Shown: one piece after another, positions 49,851 to 59,628 of the stretch
How positions within the stretch are numbered: the stretch's first letter is position 1
How the letters are laid out: every line of letters starts with the position of its first letter
Assembly: GCA_047972335.1 (NCBI GenBank)
Contig: JBKEAO010000052.1
Location: 18,935 to 82,934 of the forward strand
DNA length: 64,000 nucleotides
Source: Anaerocolumna sp.
Lineage (GTDB): Bacteria > Bacillota > Clostridia > Lachnospirales > Lachnospiraceae
Reading direction: 5' to 3'
Translations under genes and position numbers: made by a program
Notes under the pieces: generated by a model
What the model was told of the DNA's origin: nothing
What the model saw: the letters and a program-made list of their open reading frames with translations, nothing else
Databases searched by the model: none

Positions 49851-51986
49851 ATGGATAACGATAGATATACAAAACATTTGGTGTTTGGGTTGGACATTGG
49901 TACTAGGAGCATTGTTGGAACCGTTGGATACAAGGATAGTAATCAGAAATTCATCGTGGTTGCACAATGTATGAAGGAACATGAGACTCGTGCAATGTTA
50001 GATGGTCAAATTCATGATATTTTTAAAGTTTCTGAAACGATACTTGAAGTGAAAACTGAATTAGAGAATCAAATAGATCGAAAACTCACAGATGTTTGTA
50101 TAGCAGCTGCAGGAAGGGTATTAAAAACTATAACTGCTACAGCAGAATATGCCTTTTCCACAGACACAATCATTATGGGTGAACACATACATTCGCTAGA
50201 ATTAATTGGTGTTGAAAAAGCATATGAGACCTTAAGAGCTGAATTACAAGATGATAAGATTGGTTTTTATTGTGTTGGTTATACAGTAATTCAACATTAT
50301 CTAAATGGTTATGAAATGGCCAAGTTAGAGGGGCATAAGGCGAAGAAAATTGGGGTTAAGTTACTTTCAACATTTCTACCTGATGAAGTAATTGATGGAC
50401 TTTATGCAGCTGTGGAACATGCAGGACTTAGAGTGGCAAATCTAACCCTTGAACCGATTGCTGCAATCAATATTGCGATTCCTGAAAAATTCAGGCTGCT
50501 TAATATTGCCATGATAGATGTAGGCGCAGGAACTTCTGATATATCTATTACGAAGGAAGGAAGTATTAGTGCTTATGGTATGATACCAAGAGCTGGAGAT
50601 GAAATCACTGAGAGCATTATTAAGAACTTTCTGGTAGAGTTTAAAACTGCTGAGATGATGAAACTAGCTTGTCTAAAAAAGAAGAAAGTTACTTATAAAG
50701 ATATTATGGGAATTACCCACAAATTAACCACTGAAGAAATTGTAGCATCTGTATTGCCTACTGTAGAAAGCATTACAAAATGTATTGCTGATGAAATTGT
50801 TAAGCTAAATGGTAAAAGTGTCAGTGCTGTATTTGTAGTTGGTGGTGGCGGTAAAATTCCAGGCTTTACAAAAAGCCTTGCTTCTTATTTAGATTTACCT
50901 GAGGAACGTGTTGCCTTAAGAGGTGAGGAAGTATTAGGAGATGTAACTTTCGTATCTGAAACCATAAAAAAAGATCCCCTCCTTGTAACACCAATTGGTA
51001 TCTGCTTGAATTTCTATGACCATTCGAATAATTTTATATTTGTAACAGTGAATGGGGAACGAATTAAATTATATGATAATAATAAAGTAACCATTGTAGA
51101 TGCTGCAATTCAAATGGGAATTCGTTATGAGGAACTCTTTCCTAGAAGAGGAGATTCCATTTGGTTTAGTGTGAATGGAGAAAAAAGAATGGCTAGAGGG
51201 GAACTTGGAGAAGCAGCCATTGTAAAGCTAAATCAAGAAATTGTTGGTCTTACGCAGAATATCAAACAAAATGATAAGATAGAGATTATTCCCTCCACAA
51301 TCGGAGAGCCTGCTTTAAAAACCATCGGGAAATTACCGGAATATAAAAGTAACATTACTTTTTCATTTAATGGAAAAAATGTAACTTGTCCTAAGTTCGT
51401 TGAGGTGAACAAGGAATTAGTTTCGGCCTTTTATGAACTAAAAGAGGGAGACAAAGTTACAATTCTTAATTATTATACGCTTGAACAGGTATTTCAGTTT
51501 ATGGATATTAAGTTCTTGGGTGAAGTATTTGTTAATAATCTATCTGCTGATTTGGATGAAAAAATATATGATAATTTTTCAATTCAATGTAGGATATTAA
51601 GTGAAGTAAGTAATGGTGTAGAAAGTAATAGTAAAGAAGTAGAGAACTCTACGGATCTGTCCTTTGAAGTGGATTCAACAGAATCGTTTGCTGGGGAAAA
51701 TTCAGCGACTTATGTAAATCCTGGAGTAGACATTGAGGTGAGTAATGGAGTGGTAATAGATTCTAAATCAAGTACAAATAGTTGTGAAATCAATGTAAGC
51801 ATTAATCTTGAACCCATTGTCCTTAGAGGCAAGACAAGTTATATAGTAGTTGATATTTTTGATTTCTATCCTTTTGATTTATCGAAAGCAAAAGAACAGG
51901 AATTAATCATTACAGTAAATGGCGAGAAGGCTTTATTTACCTTACCCCTAAGGGATAAAGACATTATTGAACTATATTGGAAGTGA
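49851..51986 (+). CDS. FtsA-like actin-fold ATPase with long C-terminal extension of beta-grasp-like repeats
   Basis: FGLDIGTRS, TLEPIAA, IDVGAGTSD, VVGGGG; start codon uncertain (49839 or 49851). Confidence 0.8.
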   Translation: MDNDRYTKHLVFGLDIGTRSIVGTVGYKDSNQKFIVVAQCMKEHETRAMLDGQIHDIFKVSETILEVKTELENQIDRKLTDVCIAAAGRVLKTITATAEYAFSTDTIIMGEHIHSLELIGVEKAYETLRAELQDDKIGFYCVGYTVIQHYLNGYEMAKLEGHKAKKIGVKLLSTFLPDEVIDGLYAAVEHAGLRVANLTLEPIAAINIAIPEKFRLLNIAMIDVGAGTSDISITKEGSISAYGMIPRAGDEITESIIKNFLVEFKTAEMMKLACLKKKKVTYKDIMGITHKLTTEEIVASVLPTVESITKCIADEIVKLNGKSVSAVFVVGGGGKIPGFTKSLASYLDLPEERVALRGEEVLGDVTFVSETIKKDPLLVTPIGICLNFYDHSNNFIFVTVNGERIKLYDNNKVTIVDAAIQMGIRYEELFPRRGDSIWFSVNGEKRMARGELGEAAIVKLNQEIVGLTQNIKQNDKIEIIPSTIGEPALKTIGKLPEYKSNITFSFNGKNVTCPKFVEVNKELVSAFYELKEGDKVTILNYYTLEQVFQFMDIKFLGEVFVNNLSADLDEKIYDNFSIQCRILSEVSNGVESNSKEVENSTDLSFEVDSTESFAGENSATYVNPGVDIEVSNGVVIDSKSSTNSCEINVSINLEPIVLRGKTSYIVVDIFDFYPFDLSKAKEQELIITVNGEKALFTLPLRDKDIIELYWK

Positions 51987-52120
51987 TTTTTGTTGACAAA
52001 CAGGTCATTATAGGGGATACTTTTTTCTAAGCAGAAATTTGTAGTAACTACATAAATAAGGAGTATCCCGCTTTTATAAGCGGGTTTATATAAAAATAGT
52101 ATAGGGAGGTACTTGTACTT

Positions 52121-52918
52121 ATGAAATTATGCGCAATTGCAAGCGGCAGCAGTGGGAATTGTACCTTTGTGGGAAGTGAACGTACAAAAATATTAGTAGA
52201 TGCAGGTATTAGTGGCAAGAAAATTGAGAACGGCCTTCTTGGTATAGATGTAAACCCTGATGAGATTCAGGGAATATTGGTTACACATGAACATACAGAT
52301 CATATTGGTGGTCTTGGCGTTTTAGCTAGACGATATAACATTCCTGTATATGGGACCGTTGAAACCATTCATGCTATATTAAAAACTAAGAATATTGGAA
52401 GAATTCCAGATGACCTTTTTCGCTATGTAAGGCCAGATGAAGCATTTATGATCAATGATATAACGGTAGAACCATTTTCAACATCACATGATGCCTCTAA
52501 CCCAGTCTGCTACACACTATGTGCAGATGGCCACAAAATTGGTATGGCCACGGATCTTGGTAAATTTGATGCATATATCATATCTAAATTAGCTGGATCA
52601 GAAATTCTTCTTTTAGAAGCGAATTACGATGAAAATATGCTTATGGTAGGAGCGTATCCTTATTATTTGAAACAAAGAATTATTGGAGATAAAGGTCATT
52701 TATCCAATGATACATCAGCCAAACTAATTAAGAAGCTTTTTCATGACAAATTAAAATATATTACGCTTGCCCATTTAAGCAAAGAAAATAATTATGATGA
52801 GTTAGCATATGAGACTGTTCGAATGGAACTAAATAAGATAATAGATGACAAACATTCTGAGCTTATGCTTAGTGTAGCAAGAAGAGAAATGCCTTCTGAT
52901 ATGTTGTCAACGATCTAA
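52121..52918 (+). CDS. YycJ/WalJ-like MBL-fold hydrolase
   Basis: ASGSSGN, THEHTDH, SHDA, TDLG, EANYD, GHLSN, LAHLSKENN. Confidence 0.88.
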   Translation: MKLCAIASGSSGNCTFVGSERTKILVDAGISGKKIENGLLGIDVNPDEIQGILVTHEHTDHIGGLGVLARRYNIPVYGTVETIHAILKTKNIGRIPDDLFRYVRPDEAFMINDITVEPFSTSHDASNPVCYTLCADGHKIGMATDLGKFDAYIISKLAGSEILLLEANYDENMLMVGAYPYYLKQRIIGDKGHLSNDTSAKLIKKLFHDKLKYITLAHLSKENNYDELAYETVRMELNKIIDDKHSELMLSVARREMPSDMLSTI

Positions 52919-52973
52919 GACGGTAATGCTAACCTACATGAAATAAATTTGAAAGTAGAAAGGTAAAAAGAAC

Positions 52974-53246
52974 ATGAAAAAAACAATTATAACAGTAGTA
53001 GGTAAAGATTGCGTTGGAATCATTGCTAAGGTTTGTACTTACCTAGCAGAAAACCAGGTGAATATATTAGATATTAGCCAGACTATCGTACAAGGCTATT
53101 TTAATATGATGATGATTGTGGATGCCAATGAATCCAGTAAAACCTATGATGTGATTGCAACTGAACTTGAGGAACTTGGTAGCCAAATAGGAGTAGTGAT
53201 TAAAGCACAGCATGAGGACATTTTTAATAAAATGCATCGTCTATAA
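52974..53246 (+). CDS. Stand-alone ACT domain protein (UPF0237)
   Basis: IITVVGKD.VGIIAKV, NILDISQTI, QHEDIF.KMHRL. Confidence 0.9.
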   Translation: MKKTIITVVGKDCVGIIAKVCTYLAENQVNILDISQTIVQGYFNMMMIVDANESSKTYDVIATELEELGSQIGVVIKAQHEDIFNKMHRL

Positions 53247-53352
53247 TATCTGACATCAGGTATAAAGTTATGAGTATGATCCATTGGTGTCATATTTTAA
53301 TAAACCCAATTAAAAATGTATTAACATTTACCCGAAAGGCATAGGTAGTATC

Positions 53353-54717
53353 ATGATTAATATAAATGAAGTAATTGAGACGAATAAAATGATTGAACAG
53401 GAGAATCTAGATGTAAGAACCATTACATTAGGAATAAGCCTGTTAGATTGTGTGGATAATAATTTAGATGAGTTAAATAAAAAGATTTATCATAAGATTA
53501 CAACCGTAGCCAAAGATTTGGTATCAACTGGAAAAGCCATTGAAAGAGAATATGGTATTCCGATTGTTAACAAAAGAATATCTGTGACTCCAATTGCTTT
53601 AGTAGGGGCTGCAGCTTGCCAATCTCCAAAAGACTATGTATCCATTGCAAAGACACTAGATAGGGCAGCAAAAGCAGTAGGTATTAACTTTATTGGTGGT
53701 TATTCTGCTCTTGTTTCAAAAGGTATGACTACAAGTGATAAAAATCTCATCAATTCCATACCTGAAGCCCTAAAAGTTACAGATGTAGTTTGTTCTTCTG
53801 CCAATGTTGGCTCCACCAAGACTGGTATTGATATGGATGCTGTAAAATTACTTGGTGAAATTATTTTAAAAACTGCCGAAGAGACAAAAGAAAGAGATTC
53901 CATCGGTTGTGCCAAACTAGTGGTATTTTGTAATGCACCAGATGATAATCCTTTTATGGCAGGGGCTTTTCACGGTATCACAGAAGGAGACGCTGTAATT
54001 AATGTTGGAGTTAGTGGTCCTGGTGTTGTAAAGAATGCACTAAAAACTGTAAGGGGAGCAGACTTTGGAGAACTTTGTGAGACCATTAAAACCACGGCCT
54101 TTAAGATTACAAGAGTAGGTCAGCTAGTGGCACAGGAAGCATCAAGAAGACTTCATATTCCTTTTGGTATTATTGACTTATCTTTAGCACCAACACCAGC
54201 TATTGGGGATAGTGTTGCTGAGATTTTTAAGGAAATGGGACTTGAACATGCAGGAGCACCAGGAACAACTGCAGCCCTAGCCCTTTTAAATGATCAGGTT
54301 AAAAAAGGTGGTGTTATGGCTTCTTCCTATGTTGGCGGATTAAGTGGTGCATTTATTCCTGTTAGTGAAGACCAAGGTATGATAGATGCAGTGATTGCAG
54401 GAGCACTTACTCTTGAAAAACTAGAAGCAATGACCTGCGTTTGTTCTGTGGGATTAGATATGATTGCTATACCAGGAGATACAAAAGCGACTACTATATC
54501 TGGAATTATTGCTGATGAGATGGCAATTGGTATGATAAATCAGAAAACCACAGCTGTAAGACTGATTCCTGTTATTGGTAAAAAAGTTGGTGAAGTTGTA
54601 GAATTTGGTGGATTACTTGGGTATGCACCTGTTATGCCAGTAAACACCTTTAGCTGTGATGATTTTATTAACAGAGGTGGAAGAATTCCAGCTCCTATTC
54701 ATAGCTTTAAAAATTAG
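53353..54717 (+). CDS. DUF711/UPF0210 (PFL-like family) protein
   Basis: [61 protein letters not shown]. Confidence 0.9.
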   Translation: MININEVIETNKMIEQENLDVRTITLGISLLDCVDNNLDELNKKIYHKITTVAKDLVSTGKAIEREYGIPIVNKRISVTPIALVGAAACQSPKDYVSIAKTLDRAAKAVGINFIGGYSALVSKGMTTSDKNLINSIPEALKVTDVVCSSANVGSTKTGIDMDAVKLLGEIILKTAEETKERDSIGCAKLVVFCNAPDDNPFMAGAFHGITEGDAVINVGVSGPGVVKNALKTVRGADFGELCETIKTTAFKITRVGQLVAQEASRRLHIPFGIIDLSLAPTPAIGDSVAEIFKEMGLEHAGAPGTTAALALLNDQVKKGGVMASSYVGGLSGAFIPVSEDQGMIDAVIAGALTLEKLEAMTCVCSVGLDMIAIPGDTKATTISGIIADEMAIGMINQKTTAVRLIPVIGKKVGEVVEFGGLLGYAPVMPVNTFSCDDFINRGGRIPAPIHSFKN

Positions 54718-54800
54718 AAATGAAAGGAGTCACAATACGTCCATTCGGATGTAATTTGTGATGATATGACTGGGAACTGTCATATGTGTTAGGTGATGAT

Positions 54801-56252
54801 ATGAATCAAGAATTATTAAATTTAGATTACAAAAAAGTATTTTATTATTTTAGTGAAATATCTGCAGTGCCTAGAGGTTCTAAGTATAACACTGCAATAA
54901 GTAATTATTTGGTTGGGTTTGCAAAAAACCATAACCTGTTCTATAAACAGGATGAATTTGAGAATGTTATTATAATCAAGGAAGCAAGTGCAGGTTATGA
55001 GAACGCTCCTCCAGTCATCATCCAAGGTCATATGGATATGGTGTGCGAAAAGTCAAGCGATAGTACCCATGACTTTTTAACTGAGGGACTGGATTTATTC
55101 GTAGATGGAGATTATGTTCATGCGGATCGAACAACTCTTGGTGGTGACAATGGAATAGCAGTAGCATTTGCACTTTCTTTATTAGATGATGAAACCCTAA
55201 AACATCCTAGAATCGAAGTGATTATTACCACAGATGAAGAAGTAGGAATGGATGGAGCTATTGGTGTAGATGTATCTTTTCTACAAGGTAAATATTTATT
55301 AAATGTAGACTCAGAAGATGAGGGAACTTTGCTTACAAGCTCAGCAGGTGGTCTTACTGGAACTTGTGATCTACCCATCAAGCGAACTAGTGAAAAAGGT
55401 GTTAAGCTTGAGTTTTCCATCAGTGAATTACAAGGTGGACACTCTGGTGCAGAAATTCATAAAAATAGAGTCAATGCTACTAAATTAATGGGACGATTAC
55501 TATTTGAATTAAGAGAATGTGTAGGCTTTTACTTACTTGATTTAAAAGGTGGATTAAAGGACAATGCAATTCCTAGAGAAAGTGAAGCATGCATTGTAGT
55601 TGAGCCAGAGTATGTACAAGAAATTATTGCAAAAGTAGAAGAACTGACTAAAAAATATAAAAATGAGTATTCCTCTTGTGAACCAGATCTTACCATACAA
55701 GTCAATAAAGGTGGAGAAGATAAATATAAGGTCTTACATCCTACCTCCTTTGAGAAAGTACTATTCTTATTGGTCAATGCACCAAATGGTGTTCAGGCAA
55801 TGAGCAATGATATTGCCGGCTTAGTAGAGAGCTCCTTAAACCTTGGTGTTTTTCATACCGATGAAGAAAAAGCTAGTTTTTGCTATTCCGTTCGAAGTAG
55901 TGTGAATAGCCAGAAGGAATTTATTAAGAATAAACTTGAGTATATGTCAACCTTCCTTGGCGGAGAATTCTATGTCAGATCAGAGTATCCAGCTTGGGAA
56001 TATAAAAAAGAATCAGCCTTAAGAGAATACTTATGCAAAGTATTTCAAGAGGAATATGGCTATGAGGCTAAATTAGAAGCAATCCATGCAGGTCTTGAGT
56101 GTAGCTTTTTTGCTGAGAAGATACCTAATGTGGATATTGTTTCCTTAGGGCCTAATATGATGGATATTCATACGCCAAAAGAAAAATTAAGTATTTCCTC
56201 TTCCATTCGTGTTTATAAATACTTAGAAAAAGTATTAGAGGGCTTAAAATAA
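54801..56252 (+). CDS. pepD: Aminoacyl-histidine dipeptidase (M20C)
   Basis: QGHMDMVCEK, TTLGGDNGI, DEEVG, DSEDEG, GGHSG, IHAGLEC, HTP.E. Confidence 0.93.
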   Translation: MNQELLNLDYKKVFYYFSEISAVPRGSKYNTAISNYLVGFAKNHNLFYKQDEFENVIIIKEASAGYENAPPVIIQGHMDMVCEKSSDSTHDFLTEGLDLFVDGDYVHADRTTLGGDNGIAVAFALSLLDDETLKHPRIEVIITTDEEVGMDGAIGVDVSFLQGKYLLNVDSEDEGTLLTSSAGGLTGTCDLPIKRTSEKGVKLEFSISELQGGHSGAEIHKNRVNATKLMGRLLFELRECVGFYLLDLKGGLKDNAIPRESEACIVVEPEYVQEIIAKVEELTKKYKNEYSSCEPDLTIQVNKGGEDKYKVLHPTSFEKVLFLLVNAPNGVQAMSNDIAGLVESSLNLGVFHTDEEKASFCYSVRSSVNSQKEFIKNKLEYMSTFLGGEFYVRSEYPAWEYKKESALREYLCKVFQEEYGYEAKLEAIHAGLECSFFAEKIPNVDIVSLGPNMMDIHTPKEKLSISSSIRVYKYLEKVLEGLK

Positions 56253-56267
56253 GGATAAGTGTGTCTT

Positions 56268-57425
56268 ATGAAGAAAAAAACCATGTATTTTTTACTGGCT
56301 TTTATGCTTACAACTTTTTTTCTTTTAGCAGTTGTAATTGTTTGGGCATTGAATTACTCTGGTAGAAATGTTGGGAATAACAATACAAATGTGGAGGTAG
56401 TAACCGAGGGCATGACGCCGTCGGTTACTGCTGTTCCTACAAAGGAACCTACCCTTACCCCTACCCCTACCGAGAAGCCATTTCAGGATATTGTATTAGT
56501 ATTTGCGGGTGATATATATCTATCTGATTATGTTACAAAGCAATATGACCAATTAGGTATCGATGGGATTTTATCTAAAGATTTACAAGAAGAATTTAAA
56601 AGTGCAGATGCTTCAATGGTTAACCAAGAGTTTACTTTTAGTACTAGAGGTACAAAGGCACAGGATAAACAATATACTTTTCGGGTGAATCCAAGTTATG
56701 CGAAGGTATTTACGGATATGGGTATTGATATCGTTACTTTGGCAAACAACCATTCCATGGATTTTGGAATAGAAGCATTACAGGATTCCTTTACTACTTT
56801 GGAGGATAGTGGGATACTATATTCGGGTGCAGGGAATGATTTAGAGGAAGCCAGAGACATTAAATACATAGAAAATCAGAATAAAACCCTTGCTTTTTTA
56901 TCAGCTTCAAGAGTAATTCCTGTCCCTGGGTGGAATGCAGGAAGTAACAAAGCCGGCATGTTAACAACCTATGACCCTACCTATTTGGTGGAAGATATAA
57001 AAGAGGCAAGGGAAAATAGTGATTATGTAGTTGTGTATGTTCACTGGGGTATTGAGCGGGCAACAAAACCTGAGGAATACCAGAGAAATCTTGCCAAAGC
57101 TTATATAGATGCTGGTGCAGATATCATTATTGGAAGTCACCCCCATGTACTACAAGGCATTGAGTATTATAATGGGAAACCTATCGTATATAGTCTTGGG
57201 AACTTTATGTTTTATAATGCTATTTCTCAAACTGCGGTTTTAAAGGTAACTGTTAACGAAGAAAATAATGCTACACTAAAGCTTTTACCAGCTAAGGCTG
57301 AAAATGCTAAAACGTCTTTTATCACATCTGAAAATATGATAGATGGATTTTATGAATCCATGGAGGAAATATCTTTTGGTGTAACCTATGGTGAAGATGG
57401 AACGGTAATATCAGATACCCAGTAG
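56268..57425 (+). CDS. CapA/PGA_cap family metallophosphatase-like membrane protein
   Basis: TM + PT linker; FAGD, LANNH..DFG, HWG.E, GSHPHVLQ, YSLGNF. Confidence 0.9.
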   Translation: MKKKTMYFLLAFMLTTFFLLAVVIVWALNYSGRNVGNNNTNVEVVTEGMTPSVTAVPTKEPTLTPTPTEKPFQDIVLVFAGDIYLSDYVTKQYDQLGIDGILSKDLQEEFKSADASMVNQEFTFSTRGTKAQDKQYTFRVNPSYAKVFTDMGIDIVTLANNHSMDFGIEALQDSFTTLEDSGILYSGAGNDLEEARDIKYIENQNKTLAFLSASRVIPVPGWNAGSNKAGMLTTYDPTYLVEDIKEARENSDYVVVYVHWGIERATKPEEYQRNLAKAYIDAGADIIIGSHPHVLQGIEYYNGKPIVYSLGNFMFYNAISQTAVLKVTVNEENNATLKLLPAKAENAKTSFITSENMIDGFYESMEEISFGVTYGEDGTVISDTQ

Positions 57426-57554
57426 CAGCAAAGAGTACTAAAACTACCACCTAGAATAGTATAAAAAAGTAGCAACGAAATAGTATTTTTTAGGGATGCA
57501 TTACTATGATAGGACTGTATCATTACATAACAATATAAGTGATGAAAGTTTATG

Positions 57555-57583
57555 AAAAGCCGGGGAAATTCCTGGCTTTTTTT
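57555..57583 (+). terminator. Intrinsic terminator after the CapA-family gene
   Basis: AAGCCGGGG-AAA-TTCCTGGC-T7. Confidence 0.7.
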
Positions 57584-57625
57584 CTGTTTATTGAAAGAAT
57601 CTCAAAAGTTAATTCTAGCAAAAAA

Positions 57626-57653
57626 GCATATCTATTACCGATAGGCATATATA
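57626..57653 (+). promoter_or_regulatory. Candidate SigE-type sporulation promoter for the M23 peptidase
   Basis: GCATAT-14 nt-CATATATT resembles the SigE -35/-10 consensus. Confidence 0.4.
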
Positions 57654-57774
57654 TTATAGAACTAAAAATTCCTAGTCTTATTATTAATTGCATTAGAAAC
57701 AATTTTCATAAATCCTTAGTAAGGTTTATTCTTGTGGATATTTTTTGAAAGAACTAGGTGATTTAGGAGGAAGG

Positions 57775-58728
57775 ATGCCTTTTACAAACCCAGGGGTTTT
57801 AGAAGTTTACAAAAGGGATAGGGAGAATCAAAAACGAATCCATGGAGCCTCTACTAGAGAAAGAACTAAGGTAGGTGGAGGGCTAGTACCCCTATGCCTT
57901 GTATTTTTATGCACTATTTTATTAATTGGAAATACCCTAAACCGCATCTATGTAGACATGGCGATAGAACAGATAAAAAGAGAAGGAATTAACTATGAAT
58001 ATTTTAGAGAAATGCTAATACCAATTGATGAAGTAAATAGTCCTGCTATTATAGACAATACAGAGAATATCAATTCTAAAAATAAGAACCCCTTTGATCA
58101 GTATGATTATTTGGCACTACATATTTTACTAAAGCAAAATGGTTACGCAGGTGCTTTCTCTATTTTACCTAGCAATCAAACCAGACTTTTAAAAAAAATG
58201 TATCAAAATACATCTTTTCAAGAATTAAAAGGATATTTACAAGCAATCCTAGAAGATGTTAAGAAATTTCCTATAGATTATGCTCTAATGAAAAAAGAAG
58301 AAGTCACTTACATTGATTCTTGGAATTATTTGCGTAGCTATGGAGGTAAAAGAAAACATGAAGGCACAGACCTTATGTCAACAGAAAATGTCCCTGATAG
58401 AATAGAAGTGGTGAGCATGACAGATGGAACTGTTGAAAAAATGGGATGGCTTGAAAAAGGTGGATATAGAATTGGAATCAGGGGCAGTAAAGGTGCTTAT
58501 TATTACTATGCCCATTTATCCTCCTATGCCCCACAAGTACAAATAGGAGATACAGTAAAAGCTGGTGATCTTCTTGGTCTTATGGGGGATAGTGGTTACG
58601 GTGTAGAGGGTACAACAGGAATGTTTCCGGTTCACTTACATGTGGGAATTTATGTTGAAACACCTTATGGTGAACGCAGTGTAAATCCATACTTAATACT
58701 AAAAATGATTGAAAATACAGAGAAATAA
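57775..58728 (+). CDS. M23 family metallopeptidase with N-terminal TM
   Basis: HEGTD (HxxxD), YYYYAHL, HLH motifs; ATG after AGGAGG. Confidence 0.9.
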   Translation: MPFTNPGVLEVYKRDRENQKRIHGASTRERTKVGGGLVPLCLVFLCTILLIGNTLNRIYVDMAIEQIKREGINYEYFREMLIPIDEVNSPAIIDNTENINSKNKNPFDQYDYLALHILLKQNGYAGAFSILPSNQTRLLKKMYQNTSFQELKGYLQAILEDVKKFPIDYALMKKEEVTYIDSWNYLRSYGGKRKHEGTDLMSTENVPDRIEVVSMTDGTVEKMGWLEKGGYRIGIRGSKGAYYYYAHLSSYAPQVQIGDTVKAGDLLGLMGDSGYGVEGTTGMFPVHLHVGIYVETPYGERSVNPYLILKMIENTEK

Positions 58729-58808
58729 TTGAATAAATAATTACCCAAATAGTCCAAAATGTGGTATACTATCTTAAGTAAATAATATGGGGACAAGGAG
58801 TGAGGAAA

Positions 58809-59612
58809 ATGGAAATACAATTATGGAGAGAAATTCTTGATCCATATGTTCTGGCAGTAAACGAGCTGGTTATTAAGTTCAATCATATTATTGATGAATA
58901 TAGGAATATGGGGTCTTACTCACCGATCGAACAAGTCCATGGAAGAGTTAAGACAATATCTAGTATATTAGAAAAGGCAAGAAAGAAAAACATTGACCTA
59001 AATGACATGGAAGAAAAGGTAGAGGATATAGCGGGAATTCGTATTATTTGCCAATTTGTTGAAGATATTCATAAAGTAGTTGATATGATTCAAGGTCGTT
59101 CTGATATGAAGATTAAAAGTCAGAAGGATTATATTAGTAATATAAAGGAAAGTGGTTATAGAAGCTATCATATTGTTATTTTCTATACGGTGGAAACACT
59201 GTCAGGGCCTAAAACTATTCAGGCTGAAATTCAAATACGAACCTTAGCGATGAATTTCTGGGCTACTATCGAACATTCACTGCAATATAAATATAAGCAA
59301 AATATGCCTGAACAAATTCGTGGCAGACTATCTAAAGCAGCGGATGCAATTATATCCTTAGATCAAGAGATGTCTCTAGTCAGAGAAGAAATAATGGATG
59401 CGCAGATATCCTTTAAGATAAAAGCTAATATGGTTGCAGATATATTAACCAATATTCAAAATTTATATAAAGTTGCAAATAAAAGAGAAGTTATTATCAT
59501 ACAAGAAGAGTTTTTTAAGATTTATGAAACCGGTGATTTGGAGCAGCTTGAACGCTTTAAGAAAGAATTGGACATAATATCAGAGGGTTATAGGGCTCAA
59601 AGCTTAAGATAA
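58809..59612 (+). CDS. Small alarmone synthetase (RelQ/YjbM-like GTP pyrophosphokinase)
   Basis: GRVKT..SI.EK, EDIAGIRI, SGYRSYH, EIQIRT.AM.FWA.IEH. Confidence 0.92.
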   Translation: MEIQLWREILDPYVLAVNELVIKFNHIIDEYRNMGSYSPIEQVHGRVKTISSILEKARKKNIDLNDMEEKVEDIAGIRIICQFVEDIHKVVDMIQGRSDMKIKSQKDYISNIKESGYRSYHIVIFYTVETLSGPKTIQAEIQIRTLAMNFWATIEHSLQYKYKQNMPEQIRGRLSKAADAIISLDQEMSLVREEIMDAQISFKIKANMVADILTNIQNLYKVANKREVIIIQEEFFKIYETGDLEQLERFKKELDIISEGYRAQSLR

Positions 59613-59628
59613 GAGAATGGAGTATTAC

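Noticed and set aside
57539..57748. 69-aa ORF upstream of the M23 gene
   Set aside because: Runs through a terminator and the predicted promoter; no RBS or motif
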